Of a DNA stretch of 64,000 nucleotides, positions 38,543 through 46,990 are shown in pieces. The position numbers were made by a program, and so were the translations under genes. The stretch spans positions 39,076-103,075 of the forward strand of contig CAZBND010000005.1 in assembly GCA_964493415.1 (NCBI GenBank), given 5' to 3'. The notes under the pieces are model-generated. The model was not told the origin of the DNA, searched no databases, and was given only the letters and a program-made list of their open reading frames with translations. Source of the stretch: an uncultured Planctomycetota bacterium (lineage in GTDB: Bacteria > Planctomycetota > DG-23 > CAZBND01). Numbering within the stretch: the first letter of the stretch is position 1; each line of letters starts with the position of its first letter.

Positions 38543-40039
38543 TCACCAGCTGATTTCCGTATCGACGTAGAGAGTGCCGACGACACGCCTGAGTTGAAGC
38601 TTGGCGATGAGAAAATCGACCAATGCCGCATTGTAGGCGTCTTCGGCACTGATGAAATCATTCCGGGCGTCGTCAAAATCACGTTGTGTTATCTCTCCCT
38701 GTTCCAGGCTAAGCTCGGCAAGCTCCAGCAGACTGGCGGCGCGTTTCCTGTTAAGCTCTTGGATCTTCAAGCTGTAGTCGGCTCTCTCCGAGTCACGCAC
38801 CGCGCTCCTTACCTCCAGCACTATCTCGTCCGCCAGCCGCTTGACGCTTCGCTCGCGCTGAACGTACGACAGTACCGAAAGCGACACATTCGCTCGCTCC
38901 ACAGTGCGATCAAGCGGCAATTCGAGGGTCAAGCCGCTGGAGAAATAAGGGCTGCCCGCAGCCTGCTCGGTGAAACTTTCCGCCGAGGTACTCGGAACCG
39001 TGTATGAGGCGTCGAAATCAAGCCTTGTCCGAAGGGAGTCCCTCGTGATCGCCAGTCGCCGCTTCTCATCTTCGAGCCTGTCTCTTGCGGTGATCAAGTC
39101 CAACCTACGCACAAGAGCGGTCTCGATGCTCTTCTTCGTATCAACCTCGAGAGGCGCGTACTCCAGCCTTTCCTCCACAAGCTCAACGGGCGTCTGAATG
39201 TCGATGCCGAGGTCCAGTTTGAATTGATCGAGAGTCAGGCGGTAGCCCTGCTCGGTGGCGTTAAGGTCATCCTGAGCATTGTAGAAATTCACCTCTGCCG
39301 TGAGGGCGTCTATCTTGCCCTTTCCCTGGGTCTTTCCCAGGCCGAGGTCAAAGCGCTCGCGCATCATGTTCATCGAGAACTGCGCACTCTCCAGCGCCTT
39401 CTTTCGGCTCTCGACTCGGCGCTTCCGTTCAAGCAGCCGCCAGTAGCGGCTTGCGATCTCGATGGCGAAGTCCTGCTTGAAAAGCTCAAAGTCTCTTTCA
39501 GCATATGTCACCTGGCGTTCAGCGTCGGTCAGCGACTCTCTCCCCACAAGAATTCCCGCGCCCTGCAACAGCGGCTGAGTGAAGTTGAGCCTGAAAGATG
39601 ACTGGAAGGAATCGGAACTCTCGGGTTCGCCCAGGTACAGGTGCGAAGTGTCCGCAGAGCCGCTGACGCTTCCCCCGCGGCCGAGGTTCTTGCTCAAGCC
39701 GAGTTCCGCGCTTGTGCTCACTTGGTCATCCATCCCCGGCCCCCCTGTGAACCTGCTCGATATGAGATTGGAGGGATTTGTGGTGAAGAAGTGGCGAGTC
39801 TTGGTGAGCGCAAGAACTGACTGCTCGATCCCTTCCTTCTCTCGCAAGAAGAACGGGTTGTTCTGCGTCGCAAGGCGCAGGCAGTCTTCGAGAGAAAGCA
39901 TGACCGGCTCTTCTGCTTGGCTTGGGTCAACGTCCGCAGGCCCCGCCGCCGGTGCACTCGGCAGGAATGGAAACGCGACGCACCCCATGATCAGGGTCAG
40001 CACGATGCTCTTTTTTTGGAACCTCAACTCTACCCCCAA
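38543..40039 (-). CDS. TolC-like outer-membrane efflux protein
   Basis: Signal peptide, two OEP-type repeats, and coiled-coil/beta-strand alternation. Heads the MFP-ATPase-permease operon. Confidence 0.75.
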   Translation of the reverse strand: MGVELRFQKKSIVLTLIMGCVAFPFLPSAPAAGPADVDPSQAEEPVMLSLEDCLRLATQNNPFFLREKEGIEQSVLALTKTRHFFTTNPSNLISSRFTGGPGMDDQVSTSAELGLSKNLGRGGSVSGSADTSHLYLGEPESSDSFQSSFRLNFTQPLLQGAGILVGRESLTDAERQVTYAERDFELFKQDFAIEIASRYWRLLERKRRVESRKKALESAQFSMNMMRERFDLGLGKTQGKGKIDALTAEVNFYNAQDDLNATEQGYRLTLDQFKLDLGIDIQTPVELVEERLEYAPLEVDTKKSIETALVRRLDLITARDRLEDEKRRLAITRDSLRTRLDFDASYTVPSTSAESFTEQAAGSPYFSSGLTLELPLDRTVERANVSLSVLSYVQRERSVKRLADEIVLEVRSAVRDSERADYSLKIQELNRKRAASLLELAELSLEQGEITQRDFDDARNDFISAEDAYNAALVDFLIAKLQLRRVVGTLYVDTEISW

Positions 40040-40160
40040 TGTGTCTTATGCCGCCGCTGCCCGTCAAATCTCTCCCTACTCGAAATTATACGTCAGGCAG
40101 CGTGCTACATGCGGAGGAATGGTGTAAAAATTTGTAAGTCGGCCTGCCTTCTTTCCCCTG

Positions 40161-40547
40161 TCAAAGCTTCCCAATGAATCCTTCGTCCGGCTCGAATCCG
40201 ACAACCGAGCCTTCCGGCCCGTACCTCAGCACGAATCTCCCCAAGCCAGGCAGGAAAGCCTCACCCTTGCGGCGGAGAATCGCCGCGATCTTGTCAGGCA
40301 CCGCTTCCATGACTTTCTTGATCACTTCTTGCGAGACATGGCTCGGACTACCATTCCCGCTCTCAGACGCGGCGCGAAGCCGTTCCAACTCCTCTTCAAT
40401 TGATTCTCGCAGAGCCCGTTCCTTGCCGCGCGTGAGCTGCTCGGCCTCCATGCGCTCGCGCAGAGTGGTGACCTCTGATTTCAGCGCAAGAATCCGGTCG
40501 ATTGCAACTTTGACCTTTGCAGGGTCAATTCGTTCCTGCTCAGCCAC
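40161..40547 (-). CDS. Hypothetical coiled-coil protein
   Basis: ORF with a charged heptad-rich N-terminus. The C-terminus is FLPGLGRFVLRYGPEG. Confidence 0.4.
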   Translation of the reverse strand: MAEQERIDPAKVKVAIDRILALKSEVTTLRERMEAEQLTRGKERALRESIEEELERLRAASESGNGSPSHVSQEVIKKVMEAVPDKIAAILRRKGEAFLPGLGRFVLRYGPEGSVVGFEPDEGFIGKL

Positions 40548-40556
40548 CTCTCCACC

Positions 40557-40895
40557 CTAAGAAAGGGCCTCCATGATCTCGTCGAAAGCCTCGCGGGCTT
40601 CCTGTACGCTGTTGGCAAGCTCTTCCTTCGCGCCCACAGCTTCCTCGGCGGCGGCCTTCGATTCCGCCAATTGTTTAGACAGATCCTCGATTCGCTCTGA
40701 AGCCTCCTCCAGACGCCCTTTCAACTCCTCCCTTTCCTGCTCCAGCTCTTTCACGCGCCCCCTGAGCCGGGTCGCAGCGTCCAGCAGTCGCTGCTTCTGC
40801 CCGACCATCTCCCGCAATTTCCCAATGCTTTCCTCCAAGGCTTCCGCCGTGAGATTCCTCCCGCCAACGTTGTCGCTCATCGTCTTCTCCTCCAC
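40557..40895 (-). CDS. Hypothetical coiled-coil protein (E/K/R-rich)
   Basis: ORF adjacent to and co-directional with the previous one. Confidence 0.4.
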   Translation of the reverse strand: MEEKTMSDNVGGRNLTAEALEESIGKLREMVGQKQRLLDAATRLRGRVKELEQEREELKGRLEEASERIEDLSKQLAESKAAAEEAVGAKEELANSVQEAREAFDEIMEALS

Positions 40896-41001
40896 CGTAG
40901 CGCAGCTCTACCGTCCGGAGGTATTTTACATCGTGTGACGCCGTTGACTCAAGGAGGAGTTGCCGGTAGCATGGTAGTTTGGCTGGGCGTCAGGCAGGAG
41001 G

Positions 41002-41670
41002 TTGAGATTGCAGGATTACACGCAAACAGACCCGTGGCGAGTCTTCCGGATCATGGCCGAATTCGTGGAGGGCTTTGAGGAACTCGTCAACGTGGGGCCG
41101 GCCGTCAGCGTCTTTGGGTCGGCCAGGTCAACGCCCGAGGACAAGTATTACGAGCGCGCCGTGAAGCTTGGCCGCCTGCTGGCCAAGAACAAATTCGCCG
41201 TCGTCACCGGCGGAGGCCCCGGAATTATGGAGGCCGCGAACAAAGGGGCGAAGGAAGCGGGTGGAACCTCGGTCGGATTGAACATCGAGCTACCTGAAGT
41301 TCAAACGCCGAATCAGTACGTGACCAAGCTGCTCAGCTTTCGGTATTTCTTCGTCAGAAAGCTGATGTTCTCGAAGCACTCTATCGCCTTTGTCGTCTTT
41401 CCCGGCGGCCTCGGGACGCTCGACGAGATGTTCGAGGCGCTTACCTTGGTTCAAACGCACCGCATCGGTAAGGCTTCGTTTCCCGTCTGTCTTTTTGGGA
41501 GCGAGTTCTGGACGCCTCTGCTGGATTGGCTGAAGGATAGCCTGCTGGCACGCGGCTACCTCTCGAACAGCGATCTCCTGCTCTTCTCCGTCACGGATTC
41601 GGAGGAAGAGGTGCTGGAGATTATAAAGACCCAATACGATCGTCAAGCCGCCGGCGGGCTCGAGACCTAG
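41002..41670 (+). CDS. LOG-family protein (cytokinin riboside 5'-monophosphate phosphoribohydrolase / TIGR00730)
   Basis: VFGSAR...VVTGGGPGIMEAANKGA...PGGLGTLDEMFE are LOG hallmarks. Confidence 0.85.
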   Translation: MRLQDYTQTDPWRVFRIMAEFVEGFEELVNVGPAVSVFGSARSTPEDKYYERAVKLGRLLAKNKFAVVTGGGPGIMEAANKGAKEAGGTSVGLNIELPEVQTPNQYVTKLLSFRYFFVRKLMFSKHSIAFVVFPGGLGTLDEMFEALTLVQTHRIGKASFPVCLFGSEFWTPLLDWLKDSLLARGYLSNSDLLLFSVTDSEEEVLEIIKTQYDRQAAGGLET

Positions 41671-41701
41671 CCTCCTTCCGGCGGCGATTTTGTAGGAGAA
41701 G

Positions 41702-42733
41702 ATGATGGGCGCAGTTATCGTCGTGGATGCCTTCTGGGGTGACTCGGGGAAGGGAAAGATAGCCGCCCACCTGGCAAGACGGCTCGGCGTGACCTATAGC
41801 GCCAGGGCGGGAACGGGCACCAACGCCGGGCACAGCGTTTACATGGAGAACGGCAAGCTGCTCAAACTGAACCAGCTCCCTGCCGCACTGGTGCAAAAGG
41901 ACTCCCAGGTTCGCGTGGGCAGCGGGGTAGCGGTCGATCCCGAGATATTCCTGCGCGAGCTCGAGGAGTACGAATCGGATTTCGATCTCAAGGGCCGCAC
42001 CAAAGTCGATTACCGCTGTCCCGTCATAACTCCCGAGTTCAGGAAGGCGGAAGCCGAGGACAACGGCCTGGCGCATAAGATAGGTTCCACCAAGAGCGGA
42101 ACGGGGTTCGCCCTCTCGCAGTTCGTCCTCCGAAAGGCAAAGCAGGCGAAAGACATGCCGGAGCTTGAGGGGTTCACGACCGACGTCGCAGCCGAAATGA
42201 ACGAGGCCTGCGATCGAGGCGAGACTGTACTCATCGAAAGCAGCCAGGGGACGTGGCTCTCTCTCGCTCTTACTCCCGACTATCCCTACTGCACTTCGGA
42301 CAACTGCACGGCAGCCGCCAGCGCCGACGATGTGGGACTTAACTGGAAGCACATTGAAGAGGTTGTGATGCTCGTAAAGGCGGTGCCGAGCCGGGTCGGC
42401 GAAGGACCTCTACCTTTCGAGATATCAAAGGAGGAGATAGAGGATCGAGGAATAGCAGAGTACGGCGTCACCACCGGGCGGCCGAGGAGAAAGGCGAGCC
42501 AGATATCGTGGCCTCACCTCCGATACTCGGTAATGTTAAACGGCCCCACGCAGATAGCGCTCACATTCTGCGACCACCTCGACCCCGACGTGGTTGGAAT
42601 CCGGGATCAGGGCAAGCTCACAAGGAAAGTCATGAGTCTTGTGGAGCGCATCGAGGACGAGTGCGGCGTTCCGGTCACCCTGGTGGAAACAGGCAAGACC
42701 CTTGACTGCATAGTCAAACTCGACCGCCGCTAG
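41702..42733 (+). CDS. purA: Adenylosuccinate synthetase, short (archaeal-type, 343 aa) form
   Basis: The P-loop VVDAFWGDSGKGKIAAHLA matches the PurA QWGDEGKGK motif. Its length matches the short archaeal clade. Confidence 0.7.
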   Translation: MMGAVIVVDAFWGDSGKGKIAAHLARRLGVTYSARAGTGTNAGHSVYMENGKLLKLNQLPAALVQKDSQVRVGSGVAVDPEIFLRELEEYESDFDLKGRTKVDYRCPVITPEFRKAEAEDNGLAHKIGSTKSGTGFALSQFVLRKAKQAKDMPELEGFTTDVAAEMNEACDRGETVLIESSQGTWLSLALTPDYPYCTSDNCTAAASADDVGLNWKHIEEVVMLVKAVPSRVGEGPLPFEISKEEIEDRGIAEYGVTTGRPRRKASQISWPHLRYSVMLNGPTQIALTFCDHLDPDVVGIRDQGKLTRKVMSLVERIEDECGVPVTLVETGKTLDCIVKLDRR

Positions 42734-42736
42734 CCC

Positions 42737-43795
42737 CTACACTTCGCCAAGCCTGTTGCGTATCAGAGTCGCTCGGGCCAAATCCCTCTTTTCCTCTTCG
42801 AGCTTCTTGCCCTCCAGCTTCTGAAGGTGAGCGGGCTGGGTGAGAATGAACAGCTCGTTGAGGCTGTTAATGTGCACGTCCTTAACGAGGCCGAGGTTTA
42901 CGCCCAGGCGTAACTGCGAAAGATACACCATCGCCTCCTGAGAGGAGATCGTCCTGGCGCTCCTGAGCATGCCGTACGCGCGCCACACCCTGTCCTCTAC
43001 GGCGGTGCGGCCGTGCTCCAGCAGGTATTCCCGGGCATTGCGCTCGAACTTTATCAACTGAGGGATCACGCTCTTCAACGACTGGATGATTTCCTCCTCG
43101 GATTTGCCCAGCGATACCTGGTTGGATAGCTGGTAGAGATCGCTGGACGCCTCGGTCCCCTCCCCGTACATCCCCCTGACCGCAAGATTCAGCTTCGCCA
43201 TGGCGGCGAAGACTTTTTTCATCTGTTTTGTCATAACCAGGCCGGGCAAATGGAGCATCACGGACGCTCGCATCCCCGTGCCCACATTGGTCGGGCACGC
43301 TGTCAGGTACCCCAGTTTCGGTGAGAATGCGTAACGAATCCGTTCCTCGAGGAGATTATCGGACCGATTCGCAAGCTCCCAGCACTCGTCCAGCTCGAAG
43401 CCGGAATGGATAACCTGAAGTCGAACGTGGTCCTCTTCGTTCACCATCACGCTGGTCCGCTCGGTTTTTCCGACGGCTACGCCGCGTTTCCCCTTGCCCT
43501 CGGCCAACTCACGGCTTATAAGCTGTCGCTCCTGGAGGTACTGCTTCTCCAGCTCGCCCGCTTGGTCGATGTCTATGTAACGCAGATCGGGTTCGAGACC
43601 GGCTCCAAGAATCCCTTGCTCCAGGAACTTGGCTAGAGCCGCCTGCTGTTCCGGCTTCATGCGGGCGGCAAAAGGGAAATCGGCCACGTTTCGCGCCAGG
43701 CGAATCCGGCTCGACAGCACGATGTCCGCCTCGCTTCCCGAGCCTCTAAGCCATTCGGCTCCGTTGCCGCCCGCCTCACTCGCCGCCACTGCCAA
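42737..43795 (-). CDS. mcsB: Protein-arginine kinase McsB
   Basis: DIVLSSRIRLARNVADFPF, MVNEEDHVRLQ, YLTACPTNVGTGMRASVMLHLPGL, RGMYGEGTEA and ILTQPAHLQ are near-identical to McsB blocks. Confidence 0.9.
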   Translation of the reverse strand: MAVAASEAGGNGAEWLRGSGSEADIVLSSRIRLARNVADFPFAARMKPEQQAALAKFLEQGILGAGLEPDLRYIDIDQAGELEKQYLQERQLISRELAEGKGKRGVAVGKTERTSVMVNEEDHVRLQVIHSGFELDECWELANRSDNLLEERIRYAFSPKLGYLTACPTNVGTGMRASVMLHLPGLVMTKQMKKVFAAMAKLNLAVRGMYGEGTEASSDLYQLSNQVSLGKSEEEIIQSLKSVIPQLIKFERNAREYLLEHGRTAVEDRVWRAYGMLRSARTISSQEAMVYLSQLRLGVNLGLVKDVHINSLNELFILTQPAHLQKLEGKKLEEEKRDLARATLIRNRLGEV

Positions 43796-44288
43796 TCTCC
43801 TTTTCGAGGAGGGATATCTTGTCGCGAAGCTCCGCAGCCTCCTCGTAGTGCTCTTCCGATACCGCGTCCTGAAGGCTCCTGCGCAACTTTATCAGCTCGC
43901 TCAGCCGCGCGGCGGAAGTTCCCGCCTGCGCAGGAGTTTTTCCCGTGTGCTGCGTCGAATGGTGAATCTGCTCGATGATCGGCATAAGCCCCTTCTTGAA
44001 AACCTCGTAGTCATTGGGGCATCCCAGCCTACCCTTGCTCTTGAACTGCCGGAACGTTATTCCGCACCGGGGACATTTGAGCGCAGCCAGCTCCTCGTCG
44101 ATCTCCTGACCCTTCGTTCCTATGAGCCCGCTCAGCACCTCCCCGATATCGATTTTCGGCGCGGAGCTTATCCCCTTGCCGCTGGCGCACTGCTCGCAGA
44201 AGTGATGCTCCTTCTTCTCTCCCACCAGATTGGTAATGTGCACCGTCGCGAGTCGCTTCTTGCATATCTCACAAATCTTGTTGGCCAT
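43776..44288 (-). CDS. mcsA: McsA (zinc-finger plus UVR-domain activator of McsB)
   Basis: Two CxxC pairs (CEICKKR...CEQC; CPRCG...CPNDY). C-terminal UVR motif EEHYEEAAELRDKISLLEKE. Confidence 0.85.
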   Translation of the reverse strand: MANKICEICKKRLATVHITNLVGEKKEHHFCEQCASGKGISSAPKIDIGEVLSGLIGTKGQEIDEELAALKCPRCGITFRQFKSKGRLGCPNDYEVFKKGLMPIIEQIHHSTQHTGKTPAQAGTSAARLSELIKLRRSLQDAVSEEHYEEAAELRDKISLLEKEIGSGGE

Positions 44289-44323
44289 TCCTCACACCTT
44301 TCAGCCGAAAGCGGGTCCCGCCG

Positions 44324-45118
44324 TTAGCCCAGCTTGCCGGCCCGCGAGGCCGTTATGTAGTTAAGGCAGAACTCGTCTTTTCCTAAAAGCGCCTCCATCG
44401 CAATCACCGTCTGCATAACGCTGCGCTCCAATGCATCCATTATAGCCGCATCGAGGCCTGCTCTCATCATCAATGCGAGAAACGTCGCGTTCAACAGCGC
44501 CCGGTTAGGCATCCCGAAGGAGACGTTGCTCAAGCCGCAAACAACATGTATTCCGGGATGAGCCCTTTTGGCGGCCCGAACCGTGTCCAACACCGCTACC
44601 ACGTCGTCCGGCACGGTGCACACCGGCTGGATGAGCGGGTCCACGTAGATATGTTCGACCGGGATCGAAAGCCGCGTCGCTGCTGAGACTGTTCTCTCGA
44701 GTATCTCAAGTCGCCTCTGGACCCCTGTGGGTACACCCTCGTCGTCCATTAGGAGGGCGACGACGGGGGCGGAATTGCCGGCGGCGAGGGCAAGAGTCGG
44801 TTCAAGCCGTGACTCCTCCGCGGTCGCAGAATTGACGAGAGGGGTCTTCTCAGACGCGGCGACGGCTTCCTCCAGCGCCTTCAGGTTCGCGCTGTCCACG
44901 CACAAGGGCAAGTCAACCGCTTTCTGAACGGTCTGGACAAGCCAGACGAGATTCTCCGCTTCTCTCTTCGGATCGCCGCCGGCGTTGACGTCTATCATAT
45001 GAGCGCCCGCGGCGGCCTGTCGCTTCGCCACGCCGCTTATGAACTCCGCATCGCGCGCCTCAATCGCTCGCCTGATTCGGCTCCTCGTCGCGTTAATCCT
45101 CTCCCCGATAACAAGCAT
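44324..45118 (-). CDS. Pterin-binding methyltransferase, methyltetrahydrofolate:corrinoid protein methyltransferase (AcsE/MtrH-like)
   Basis: MLVIGERINAT start. Blocks LCVDSANL, LVNSAT, YVDPLIQP and GLSNVSFG match the MeTr/AcsE pterin-binding TIM barrel. Its length (264 aa) matches AcsE. Confidence 0.6.
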   Translation of the reverse strand: MLVIGERINATRSRIRRAIEARDAEFISGVAKRQAAAGAHMIDVNAGGDPKREAENLVWLVQTVQKAVDLPLCVDSANLKALEEAVAASEKTPLVNSATAEESRLEPTLALAAGNSAPVVALLMDDEGVPTGVQRRLEILERTVSAATRLSIPVEHIYVDPLIQPVCTVPDDVVAVLDTVRAAKRAHPGIHVVCGLSNVSFGMPNRALLNATFLALMMRAGLDAAIMDALERSVMQTVIAMEALLGKDEFCLNYITASRAGKLG

Positions 45119-45121
45119 TCC

Positions 45122-46492
45122 TCACTCCGGTTTGCTCTCGTACCTCTTTTCCCATCTCAGCAAGTCCATCACCGCCGCGAGAGTCGATTTTCCCGACCTT
45201 ATCTCCTCCATGATCCGGTCTTCCTTTTCGAGGCATTCCATCCCTCGATTTGCAAGCTCAACAGCGTCCCCTTTCGGTATGATCATCACTCCGTCGTCGT
45301 CACCTACGACCCAGTCGCCCGGGAATACCCTCACGCCGGAGATCAGCAGAGGGACATTCAGCTCTCCCATACCCCTGGGCTCTCCCGCGTGTGATGTCAC
45401 CAGCCGCGCGAACGCCGGAAACCCCAGCTTCCGGACTGTGTGCGTATCCCGAATCGCTCCGTTTATCACCACGCCCGATATTTTGCGCTCGATTGCGCTG
45501 AGCGTCGCCATCTCGCCCCAGATTGCCGGCGCGACCCCTCCGGCATCGATCACTATCACGTCTCCTTCGCCGGCTTCGTCGATCGCCTCGACCGGTTTGG
45601 CCCAATCGCCGGGATAGGTCCGAACGGTAAAGGCCTTGCCGACCACACGCGCTCCTTGGACGACCGGCTTTATGCCCTCCAGACACGGCGTACGATGCAT
45701 GCCGTCGGATATGTTGGCCGTTGAGACCCGGGAGAAAACTTCCCTGATCTCCTCTCCCGTCACCCGCTTGAAAAGCACCGTCGCTCGCTTCTCTCCGGTT
45801 GCCATGGCCTGCTTGATGGCCCTGGTCGCCTCGGCCGCATCCCTGGCTTTACATATGGCCCCGCCGACGATGACGATATCCGCTCCCGCGGCGACCGCAT
45901 CTGCGGCGCTCTCGGAGTTCATGCCGCCTGCCACCGCGATCGGTATAGTCACCTTCTGTCGAATCTCCCGCAGGACGTCAAAGGGGTCCCCGCCGAGCAT
46001 CTGTTCGTCAATCGCGGTATGCACGCCCACGTGGCCGGCCCCCCACTCCTGCGCCTGCTGTGCCCTCATCACGGGGTCTGAGACCGCCAAGAGGTCCACC
46101 CCTACCTGTATGCCGTAGTTCGCTCCGGCGCGGATGCACTCCTTCACGGTGGAGTCGGTCGCGGCGCCCATGACGGTGGCGTGATGCGCCCCGGCCTTCG
46201 CCGCCGCTTCCACCTCGATTCGCCCCGCATCCATGACTTTAAGGTCCGCGACCAGCGGCACCTTGGGGAAACGCGAACGCAGCTCCCGCACGCACTTCAT
46301 CCCCTCGCTCTTTATCAGCGGCGTGCCCGCCTCCAGCCAGTCCGCGCCGCCGGCCACTGCTTCCTCCGCGGCCCTCAAGGCTCGGTGCAAATCCACATAA
46401 TCCAGTGCAACTTGAAGAATCGGAGCCATGGCCAAATCAACCCCGTACGCTATGACGGAGAATACCTTGCGCAACTGCCGGGCGTCTCCCAT
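45122..46492 (-). CDS. Fusion protein: N-terminal 3-hexulose-6-phosphate synthase-like (OMPDC/KGPDC family), C-terminal RraA-like (RNase E regulator / 4-hydroxy-2-oxoglutarate aldolase-like)
   Basis: ILQVALD...ADLKVMD...VAGGM... is the HPS pattern. The C-terminal half carries RraA-family GD/GA-rich blocks (VVINGAIRD, GDWVVGDDDGV). Confidence 0.6.
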   Translation of the reverse strand: MGDARQLRKVFSVIAYGVDLAMAPILQVALDYVDLHRALRAAEEAVAGGADWLEAGTPLIKSEGMKCVRELRSRFPKVPLVADLKVMDAGRIEVEAAAKAGAHHATVMGAATDSTVKECIRAGANYGIQVGVDLLAVSDPVMRAQQAQEWGAGHVGVHTAIDEQMLGGDPFDVLREIRQKVTIPIAVAGGMNSESAADAVAAGADIVIVGGAICKARDAAEATRAIKQAMATGEKRATVLFKRVTGEEIREVFSRVSTANISDGMHRTPCLEGIKPVVQGARVVGKAFTVRTYPGDWAKPVEAIDEAGEGDVIVIDAGGVAPAIWGEMATLSAIERKISGVVINGAIRDTHTVRKLGFPAFARLVTSHAGEPRGMGELNVPLLISGVRVFPGDWVVGDDDGVMIIPKGDAVELANRGMECLEKEDRIMEEIRSGKSTLAAVMDLLRWEKRYESKPE

Positions 46493-46824
46493 ACGGTGAC
46501 GGCCCGCACGGCAATCGCGGGAGGGAGTTCCGCAGCAATTCGCTCGCAGACGATTCCGGCGATGTTTTCGGTCGTCGGATTCAACACCTCAAATTGCTCC
46601 AGCTCGTTCAGGTTCGCGTGGTCCCACTCGGCGATCGCGCGAGAAAGCAGCGCCCGCGCGTCGTGGAAATCCATCAGCATCCCCTGCCCATTCAAAGCAT
46701 CTCCGCCGAGAGTCAGCCGCACCAGCCAGTTGTGTCCGTGCAGCTTCTCGCACTTGCCTTTGTAGTCCCGCAGGCTGTGCGCCGCCGAAAAATGATCCTC
46801 AACTTCCAGCTCAAACATGCCCAT
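46450..46824 (-). CDS. 6-pyruvoyl-tetrahydropterin synthase / QueD-family protein
   Basis: CEKLHGHNW zinc/catalytic motif. 124 aa. Overlaps the start of the downstream fusion gene by about 40 nt. Confidence 0.75.
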   Translation of the reverse strand: MGMFELEVEDHFSAAHSLRDYKGKCEKLHGHNWLVRLTLGGDALNGQGMLMDFHDARALLSRAIAEWDHANLNELEQFEVLNPTTENIAGIVCERIAAELPPAIAVRAVTVWETPGSCARYSPS

Positions 46825-46990
46825 GCGCCCCCTCTCATTCCATTATCTCAGCGACCCCGTCGCGCTGTCAAGCTCGCACGGCTGCGGCGCATCAGCCTCT
46901 GCCCGCCAAACGTCCTTGACACCGTCGGACGGCACGGATATAACTCCACAGATCGGCGTTGCGGAGCGCCGGTGCCGGGAGCGCTCCTCG

